Position numbers and translations under genes: made by a program. The notes beneath the pieces are model-generated. The model ran no database searches and was not told where the DNA came from. It saw only the letters and a program-made list of their open reading frames with translations. Shown piece after piece: positions 57,284 through 64,000 of a stretch of 64,000 nt of DNA. Position 1 is the first letter of the stretch. The number at the start of each line of letters is the position of its first letter. This DNA comes from Candidatus Woesearchaeota archaeon (GTDB lineage: Archaea; Nanobdellota; Nanobdellia; Woesearchaeales; UBA583), in NCBI GenBank assembly GCA_965205335.1, contig OZ242164.1:512001-576000 (forward strand), in the 5' to 3' direction.

Positions 57284-60200
57284 ATGGCTCAATATATTTG
57301 TAAACTAAAATTAAACTATATGGAACTAGTCAAAGATGATACAATTAAAAAAATCATACTAGTTTTAGTTCTTCTTTTTGGAGTATCCTTAGTTCTCGGA
57401 GCAACAAGCAATGGCGAGCCAGATTTTTATGATGATCCCTATGCACCTAACTCTTATGATGATCCCTACTCTTCTGGATCTTATAATGATCCCCATACAC
57501 CTAACTATGATGATCCCTACACTCCTGGATTTTATGATGATCCCTATGCACCTGGCTATTATGATCCCCATACACCTAACCATGATGATCCCTATGCACC
57601 TGGCTATTATGATCCCCATACACCTAACTATGATGATCCCTACACTCCTGGATTTTATGATGATCCCTATACACCTGGATTTTATGATAATAATTATGAT
57701 GCTGTGGATGGAGTTTGCGGTGTAGATGTTGATACATGTAAAAACGGGACCTACAAGAGCCTTCTGGATAATTCAACCCATTATTTATGGAATTGCATAG
57801 GATTAAATGGTGGAAGTGATGCATCTTGCAGTAAACCAAAATCTTCTACTGATGGAGTATGTGATAATTCTGGAAGAAATAGATGTTCAAGTGGAAGTTC
57901 TAATGATGGAGCACATGCAGATACAACTTGTGAGCATAGATGGCGTTGTGATGGAGTACGTGGAGGAAGTAATTCGGGTATGTGCAGTATAGTCAAACCA
58001 AGCCGAATTGTAAATGGAGTATGTGATAATTCTGGAAGGAATAGATGTTCAAGTGGAGATGATAATGATGAGGCTGTCACAGATACAACCACTCACTATA
58101 GATGGCGTTGTGGTGGAAGTTGTGGTGGAAGTAATTCAGGAACGTGTAGTTATCCTATACCACCATCTTCTATTGATGGTGTTTGTGGTTCAAGTGTTAA
58201 TAGTTGTATTGATGGAACTTTGAGTGATATTGGAGATAATTCAACCCATTATTTATGGAATTGCATAGGATTAAATGGTGGAAGTGATGCATCTTGCAGT
58301 AAACCAAAATCTTCTACTGATGGAGTATGTGATAATTCTGGAAGAAATAGATGTTCAAGTGGAAGTTCTAATGATGGAGCACATGCAGATACAACTTGTG
58401 AGCATAGATGGCGTTGTGATGGAGTACGTGGAGGAAGTAATTCGGGTATGTGCAGTATAGTCAAACCAAGCCGAATTGTAAATGGAGTATGTGATAATTC
58501 TGGAAGGAATAGATGTTCAAGTGGAGATGATAATGATGAGGCTGTCACAGATACAACCACTCACTATAGATGGCGTTGTGGTGGAAGTTGTGGTGGAAGT
58601 AATTCAGGAACGTGTAGTTATCCTATACCACCATCTTCTATTGATGGTGTTTGTGGTTCAAGTGTTAATAGTTGTATTGATGGAACTTTGAGTGATATTG
58701 GAGATAATTCAACCCATTATTTATGGAATTGCATAGGGTTAAATGGCGGAAGTAACGCTTCATGTAATGAAAGAATATCATTAAATGAAGATGATAATAC
58801 CTCAAATAGAAATAATTCTAATAATAATTCAGAAAAGATTAAATTAAATATTATTTTTGGCTCATATTATGATAAATTATACCGTCCTTCTCAAGAACAT
58901 ATTCAACTTGAATTTTCACAGAGAAATCTCTTTATGAATTGCAATGAGTTTGAAATCGATATTACACTAAATAATGAGTTTAACTACAAATATGATTTTC
59001 AAAAAAGAGTGATTCCTGTGCATCTTGGTATTGGTCTTTTCGACATAACACTTGATGAACTCAGAAATGAATCAGACACTGTTAAGTATAACGCAGTTCT
59101 ATCTGGAAAATGTGAAAACAATCCTAACAAAAGAACAACACTCTTATCGCAAGAAGGAACATTTCAAATACCTCCTTTTGATGTTACCTATGATCGGCTT
59201 ACTAATAAGATAAGAATTAAACTCCCTGGATATACCCATTTAGAAAATTATGATATATATATGTTTAATATTACATTACACAATAAATTTAGTCTCACGT
59301 CTATATTTGAACAACTTTCAAATAGAAAAGAATCATTTATAGAATTTAGTGTTGAACCTTCATTATTAGATAAACTTAGAGAAGAACCAGACTTAGTTAA
59401 ATACAATGCAATTCTTTATGGAGGAAAAACTGTAGGAGGGGATGAAAACCATTTGAATTTCAGCAAAATACTTGGTTCACAAGAAGGACTGTTTCTAATC
59501 CAGTTTCTAACCCTGTATGGTGAACAGTATGGTGAAGAAGGATGTGGGGGATACTGTGATATAGGACCTTTTCTATGGATGGGTGATGGAGATCACTCAA
59601 AATATGACTTATTTTTTGTATTTGAGGGCAAAACAGTTGAGGAAGTAGAGGACCAATTAGATAGACATTTTAGAAACGGAGATTATTCTTTGTTTAAAAC
59701 AAACCCTTTTATTGAACAAGAAGATAAGTTTAATATTTATTATGCAATAATTTCAGATGCATATGATTATAAACTGAATAAGGAATGTAAATGGGGAACT
59801 TATCCCAGACCAGATTCTCATTTCAACAACATCTTCGCTCAATATGATTGGATAGATGGAGAAGTTCATTTTAGTCAGAACCCATCTGTATGGCCTTATG
59901 CTAAGTATGGTAAGTATATTCAGATGTCTTATGCTTGTTACAGATCTGTTTGGGGTGTCAATTGGGATAAAACTTTTGTCCATGAATTTGGGCATCTGTT
60001 CGGCTCTTTGAGAGATGAATACATTTATCCTTCTTTATCAGATAATAATGCTCGTTCACATGACAGAAAAAATTGTCTTTACATAAGGGAACTAGTGGGT
60101 AAAAAATGTGAAAATGGATGTGAACTAAAAGGAACTCACAGATGGGAACATATTCCAAACTTTGATGGAGAAGTACTCTCTGGATGTAAACATCCTCTTC

Positions 60201-60328
60201 TTTTTAGGGGTGAATTTAATAGTATCATGAGAAACGAATTGCAATTTTATAAAGACACTTGGGCAGGTGGTTGGGGTCCAGTTAATGAGTATTATCTAAG
60301 AGAAAAGTTAGAGGAGAATTATAGTTAA
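57284..60328 (+). CDS. large secreted multidomain protein: YDDP repeats, Cys-rich modules, C-terminal M64-like zinc metallopeptidase
   Basis: Signal peptide; PF.E..DKFNIY; HEFGHLFGSLRDEY zincin motif; NSIMR; GPVN. Confidence 0.82.
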   Translation: MAQYICKLKLNYMELVKDDTIKKIILVLVLLFGVSLVLGATSNGEPDFYDDPYAPNSYDDPYSSGSYNDPHTPNYDDPYTPGFYDDPYAPGYYDPHTPNHDDPYAPGYYDPHTPNYDDPYTPGFYDDPYTPGFYDNNYDAVDGVCGVDVDTCKNGTYKSLLDNSTHYLWNCIGLNGGSDASCSKPKSSTDGVCDNSGRNRCSSGSSNDGAHADTTCEHRWRCDGVRGGSNSGMCSIVKPSRIVNGVCDNSGRNRCSSGDDNDEAVTDTTTHYRWRCGGSCGGSNSGTCSYPIPPSSIDGVCGSSVNSCIDGTLSDIGDNSTHYLWNCIGLNGGSDASCSKPKSSTDGVCDNSGRNRCSSGSSNDGAHADTTCEHRWRCDGVRGGSNSGMCSIVKPSRIVNGVCDNSGRNRCSSGDDNDEAVTDTTTHYRWRCGGSCGGSNSGTCSYPIPPSSIDGVCGSSVNSCIDGTLSDIGDNSTHYLWNCIGLNGGSNASCNERISLNEDDNTSNRNNSNNNSEKIKLNIIFGSYYDKLYRPSQEHIQLEFSQRNLFMNCNEFEIDITLNNEFNYKYDFQKRVIPVHLGIGLFDITLDELRNESDTVKYNAVLSGKCENNPNKRTTLLSQEGTFQIPPFDVTYDRLTNKIRIKLPGYTHLENYDIYMFNITLHNKFSLTSIFEQLSNRKESFIEFSVEPSLLDKLREEPDLVKYNAILYGGKTVGGDENHLNFSKILGSQEGLFLIQFLTLYGEQYGEEGCGGYCDIGPFLWMGDGDHSKYDLFFVFEGKTVEEVEDQLDRHFRNGDYSLFKTNPFIEQEDKFNIYYAIISDAYDYKLNKECKWGTYPRPDSHFNNIFAQYDWIDGEVHFSQNPSVWPYAKYGKYIQMSYACYRSVWGVNWDKTFVHEFGHLFGSLRDEYIYPSLSDNNARSHDRKNCLYIRELVGKKCENGCELKGTHRWEHIPNFDGEVLSGCKHPLLFRGEFNSIMRNELQFYKDTWAGGWGPVNEYYLREKLEENYS
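57428..57689 (+). repeat. low-complexity 24-27 bp tandem repeats encoding YDDP(Y/H)(A/T)P(G/N)x
   Basis: About 10 degenerate TATGATGATCCC units. Confidence 0.85.
57767..58737 (+). repeat. 468-bp intragenic tandem duplication (2 copies plus start of a third)
   Basis: GATAATTCAACCCATTATTTATGG at 57767, 58235 and 58703; identical shadow ORFs offset by 468. Confidence 0.95.
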
Positions 60329-60329
60329 A

Positions 60330-61118
60330 ATGAAACGAAAAATATTTTTAATACTATTATTTTTGATTGGTCTTTCAGCAGGAGTTTATGGTGATAGTGC
60401 GGGAGATGAACGTATGGAAATAATGGGAATTACCCTAAGCTATTTTAGTGGAGAATTTGAAATTAAAGATGTTTACATTATTACTGGATTTCCAAGTAAA
60501 GAACTCGAGTTTCCAACACATACTCTTAGTGTACTCAATAAGAAAGAAAAGAGCCTTTACTCTGTTAAATTCTCAATAGAAGATGTGTATTTTTCCCCGC
60601 CTGAGGAACATTGGTTTGATGAAGATGGAAATCAGATTTACATCCCAGAATTTGTAGAACAGGAAATCAGTCAAATTATTTTTGTTCCATACTTAAAAGA
60701 TGGATACTACATAACTGTTGAAGATTTGGAGGGAAATGAACTTCTAAGGGATGAAATAAAAAAATGGTTTGGAATTATCAGCGATGATATAAAGTATGAG
60801 ATAAAACTAGATAAAGAAAATAATATTAAAGATAACATATTATATGAGAATGTGGATGTACAAGAATATGAATTGGATAAGAGGGATAGTATAGAAAAGA
60901 ATGAACCAGACAAGGAAGAAGATAATGACAAGGATTATGGACAGAATGAAAAAAATGATATTGAAAATAAAGGATTGAACGAGAAAGATAAAATAGAAGA
61001 AAACGAAAAAGGGGGGAAAATAGTGATGTGGTTTTTCCTGATTTCAATTATAATAATTGTTGTATACACAATTGGAATTCTGTATCTTACACATATTAAT
61101 AAAAAACATAGGACTTAA
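60330..61118 (+). CDS. secreted protein with acidic linker and C-terminal membrane anchor
   Basis: Signal peptide, acidic stalk, C-terminal TM helix plus basic tail; starts 1 bp after the protease stop. Confidence 0.75.
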   Translation: MKRKIFLILLFLIGLSAGVYGDSAGDERMEIMGITLSYFSGEFEIKDVYIITGFPSKELEFPTHTLSVLNKKEKSLYSVKFSIEDVYFSPPEEHWFDEDGNQIYIPEFVEQEISQIIFVPYLKDGYYITVEDLEGNELLRDEIKKWFGIISDDIKYEIKLDKENNIKDNILYENVDVQEYELDKRDSIEKNEPDKEEDNDKDYGQNEKNDIENKGLNEKDKIEENEKGGKIVMWFFLISIIIIVVYTIGILYLTHINKKHRT

Positions 61119-61201
61119 TTCCTGCTCTAAAATATTTGAGTGGTATACTCAGATGATATTAAGGCAGATTTAATTAAGAGAATAAAAAAAATTAAACTGA
61201 A

Positions 61202-61573
61202 TTAAACCAACACACCATATAAAGTAGCATTCTGCCCGGGTCTTGATGTAATCCTTACATCTCCCTTATCGGTTTTAACAATTGCACCCTTCGTTATAAT
61301 ATTACGTCTTGTATAATTAATATTTGAAGGATTTGACACTACGCTTTCAATCTTAGCTTTTACTATTTTATTATCCTTGTTAATGCACACAATATTATGC
61401 GATAACAATTGCCTCTTTGAATTTCCTCCAAGAGTCCTCTTAACCTTAACTCTCTTCTCCCCAATATGAGTTAGAGCAGAACTTCCGCCCAAATCAGATA
61501 ATCTTTTCTTTCTAACTCCTAAGTACTTTTTTCCAGACACCTTCCTCTTTGATCTAAATTGAGATCTTGCCAT
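61202..61573 (-). CDS. rps8e: 30S ribosomal protein S8e
   Basis: RSKRKVSG, R.LGGN.K, NP.N..Y.RRNIITKGAI, TSRPGQ. Confidence 0.97.
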   Translation of the reverse strand: MARSQFRSKRKVSGKKYLGVRKKRLSDLGGSSALTHIGEKRVKVKRTLGGNSKRQLLSHNIVCINKDNKIVKAKIESVVSNPSNINYTRRNIITKGAIVKTDKGDVRITSRPGQNATLYGVLV

Positions 61574-62152
61574 TTACCTTAACCTCCTATTATTTGCCCT
61601 TAGCGAAGGTCTTCCCTTCTCAGTTCCAGAACCCCTCTTTCTAAGCCCTCTTGCCTTATTCCCAGCAGACGTTAAACCTCTTGATGCTCTCTTTGTATGC
61701 TTATTTAACACAATCCAACTTATATCCTTATCAGCCAAAATCTGAGTATGATAAACATCAACTAAAATAACCTCATACCAATAATACTTCTCATCATCCC
61801 CAACCCAATATGAATTCAAAACCTCTAAATTAGGAAATCTCCTTGCAACTCTTTCCTCAGAAATCCACTTATAATTCTTACTCTGGGCAATCCTTGTTGA
61901 AAGATTCCCTCCATCTCTTCCTCCCATTATTCGAGGATTCTTTGAACCTGAGCGAATAACTCTTACTCTAACAACAACAAACCCCTGCTTTGCTTTATAT
62001 CCTAAAGATCTTGCTCTATCAATTCTGGTCGGATAATCAACTCTAACAATTGCTCTCTCTCTTCTCCAATGAACTAAATTCTCCTTATAAGAATCCCTAA
62101 TATTCTTTCTGGGCTGTTCCCATGCTTTCTTAATATACTTTAAATATCCCAT
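61574..62152 (-). CDS. rpl15e: 50S ribosomal protein L15e
   Basis: PTRIDRARSLGYKAKQG, EERVAR..PNLEVLNSYWV, RGLTSAG. Confidence 0.97.
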   Translation of the reverse strand: MGYLKYIKKAWEQPRKNIRDSYKENLVHWRRERAIVRVDYPTRIDRARSLGYKAKQGFVVVRVRVIRSGSKNPRIMGGRDGGNLSTRIAQSKNYKWISEERVARRFPNLEVLNSYWVGDDEKYYWYEVILVDVYHTQILADKDISWIVLNKHTKRASRGLTSAGNKARGLRKRGSGTEKGRPSLRANNRRLR

Positions 62153-62159
62153 TTTGAAC

Positions 62160-62260
62160 TATGAAATCATGATAACAAGAAATACAAAAATCTTATCACC
62201 AATCTTTCGAAAAGGTGCTTTAAGTCATGTAACCTGCTACGATCTTATGTCCTCATCGTC
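62160..62260 (-). promoter_or_regulatory. candidate structured 5' leader of the rpl15e-rps8e operon
   Basis: GC-enriched leader of about 100 nt with potential stems ACGAT/ATCGT and CACC-CTTT/AAAG-GGTG. Confidence 0.35.
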
Positions 62261-62328
62261 AATTAGAATTTATGACTATAAAAAACAAATAAAGGATGTT
62301 TTATAAAGATTATTATGCTACACAGATT

Positions 62329-62496
62329 ATGGCAGAAGATAATACAATTAATGTTAAAGACTTGGATTTGATTGATGAGGCATACGACAGAGTAGATGTC
62401 TTAGTTGAAATACTTGATAAAAAAGGAATTATAAGCAAAAAAGAATATGAAACAAAACTAAACCAATTTCTTGATGAAAAATATTCTAAAAATTAA
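62329..62496 (+). CDS. small hypothetical protein
   Basis: VDVLVEILDKKGIISKKEY helical motif; TATA box at about 62300. Confidence 0.65.
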   Translation: MAEDNTINVKDLDLIDEAYDRVDVLVEILDKKGIISKKEYETKLNQFLDEKYSKN

Positions 62497-62526
62497 ACTC
62501 TGAAATACTTGTAAAGATTTATCCCA

Positions 62527-63441
62527 TTAATTCTTATCCTTCTTATTATTAAGCCACCACAAAAGCACGCTTGAATTCATGCACCAAGTTGAAATAAAAT
62601 CAACAACTAAACCAATAACTAATATTAAAGCAATCTCAAAAATAACATCAGAATTAGTTATAATAAGAGCACAAATACCTGCAAGCAATGTTGTAACAGA
62701 CATCAAAACACCAGTCTTAAGCGCAAAACCTGTCTTCTCAAAATAATCATCCCCTCTCTCCTTAAACACTCTATTTGTTAAAAGAATATCAGTATCAATA
62801 GAATAACCTAAAATCATAAGCAAAGCGCCAATCCCTGCAATTGACACCTTAAACTCCATTGCATTCAAAACTCCAACAGTCACAATCAAATCAAAAATTG
62901 CAGAAAGAACAACAGCAATACTTGGAACGAATTCTCTAAAATAAATAAAAATAACTCCTGACATCAAAACAAGTGAAATAACTAAAATATACACTGCCTG
63001 CCTAAAAAAAGCACCTGACAAAGTAGGACTTATAAAATTTGAAGAATAATTCTGGGAGAACTCTAATTCAATACCATACCTGTCAGAAACAAATTCCATA
63101 AGTAAATTCTCCTCTAAATCCGTATCAATTATAAAACCTGCTCTCTCGCCCTCACTTGATAAATCAGAAACCGAGAAAGAATTACCCGCAAAACTCCTCT
63201 CTAATTCTATCTGTAAAGATTGGGCAGATTCCAGTGTATCAACAGTAACCGCAGCAGACAAACCACCCTTTAAAGAAACATCCCTATAAATCGGAGTACC
63301 ATCATTAGAAACTGCAACAAATATAAAAATAATAGATAAAAAAAACAAAACCGCTGGAAGAATTAAAAATTTCTTATAATTATTCTTATAGAAGTCTAAA
63401 AAATTGAAACTACCTTTGATTTTATGCCCTTTACTCACCAT
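62527..63441 (-). CDS. secF: protein-export membrane protein SecF
   Basis: LKGG, ISPTLSGAF, FR.FVPS.AV, GALLMILGYSIDTDILLT, D...TW.MN. Confidence 0.93.
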   Translation of the reverse strand: MVSKGHKIKGSFNFLDFYKNNYKKFLILPAVLFFLSIIFIFVAVSNDGTPIYRDVSLKGGLSAAVTVDTLESAQSLQIELERSFAGNSFSVSDLSSEGERAGFIIDTDLEENLLMEFVSDRYGIELEFSQNYSSNFISPTLSGAFFRQAVYILVISLVLMSGVIFIYFREFVPSIAVVLSAIFDLIVTVGVLNAMEFKVSIAGIGALLMILGYSIDTDILLTNRVFKERGDDYFEKTGFALKTGVLMSVTTLLAGICALIITNSDVIFEIALILVIGLVVDFISTWCMNSSVLLWWLNNKKDKN

Positions 63442-63501
63442 AAAAAACTAATTAATACCCCATTTAAAAAGGTTTCCCGTAACCCCATTCAACTCTCTAA
63501 T

Positions 63502-64000
63502 CTAACGTTCAAAATACGTAACATCAATTGCAAAAGCCATAGCAAGTATTATCATTTTTAAATTATTATCTGATGTATTCATAAAATCAACAACAAAATT
63601 ATCTGCATCAGAAATAAGTTCCTTCCCACCAGACCACTTCTTTGTAATCCTTGCAAACTCCCTATTATTTTCCATAAAATTAAATGTCCAGGGGTGAACT
63701 GCCTTTGACTCACATATAAAAGTCTTTGAAGAATTAGACATTCTTATCTCCAATACTTTTCTCAGAAAAGTAAATTTACCCTTAACATCTGCTATAACTT
63801 CTCCCTTCTCATTATAAATCTTCATCTTAGGCACAAAGAAATAAAAAGGTCTTTCAACCGACACACAAATATCTCTCTTATCGTCCATTACATTGATTTT
63901 CGTAGGTCTGTTTCTGCCGCCAAAATACCGAGCCGCAAAAGAACTATCCTCAAAAGCATAAGAAAAACTCCCTCCTCCCTCTGTCTGAATCTCATACTTA
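63502..64000 (-). CDS. phospholipid scramblase/LURP-one-related protein (5' truncated by the window edge)
   Basis: Frame is open to the window edge (KYEIQ...FEDSSFAARYF...RP); ITKKWSG..E..SDADNF.V.F, AFAID..YFE. Confidence 0.8.
   Translation of the reverse strand, partial: KYEIQTEGGGSFSYAFEDSSFAARYFGGRNRPTKINVMDDKRDICVSVERPFYFFVPKMKIYNEKGEVIADVKGKFTFLRKVLEIRMSNSSKTFICESKAVHPWTFNFMENNREFARITKKWSGGKELISDADNFVVDFMNTSDNNLKMIILAMAFAIDVTYFER

Noticed and set aside
57428-57689. Short regularly spaced repeats resembling a CRISPR array
   Set aside because: Period of 24-27 bp, coding and in frame, with no spacers.

Overview
AT-rich chromosomal segment of an archaeon, most consistent with a DPANN lineage (Woesearchaeota/Nanoarchaeota-like; inference). 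Archaeal information-processing genes are present: aCPSF1/FttA, aIF6, archaeal LeuRS, aEF-1beta, TBP, TFS, TFE, eS8, eL15, Dph6, NOG1-like GTPase, archaellin, SMC/ScpB, FtsZ and SecF. They are mixed with bacterial-type genes (MetRS, YggS, type I GAPDH, NrdR, MutS1, GpmA, SNF2). There are two tRNAs (His-GTG, Val-TAC) and several small genes below the ORF-track cutoff (RHH, CxxC-x17-CxxC, Trm112-like, a frameshifted Zn-ribbon). Mobile DNA comprises three intact IS481-family elements of two types, two IS481-derived miniatures stacked beside one of them inside a 15-17 bp direct repeat, and two tandem IS1595-like MITEs. The most notable observations are: (1) a bacterial-style NrdR with tandem NrdR boxes on an archaeal TATA promoter upstream of a split class II RNR and a MazG-like gene; (2) Dph6 translationally coupled to an intact glutamine amidotransferase; (3) a vasohibin-like cysteine protease; (4) two giant Cys-rich surface proteins sharing a module, one adhesin-like with 171-bp tandem repeats and one carrying an M64-like zinc protease; (5) a strand-composition switch at the IS next to ftsZ. 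No CRISPR array was seen. All calls come from motif recognition by eye, not from database searches.
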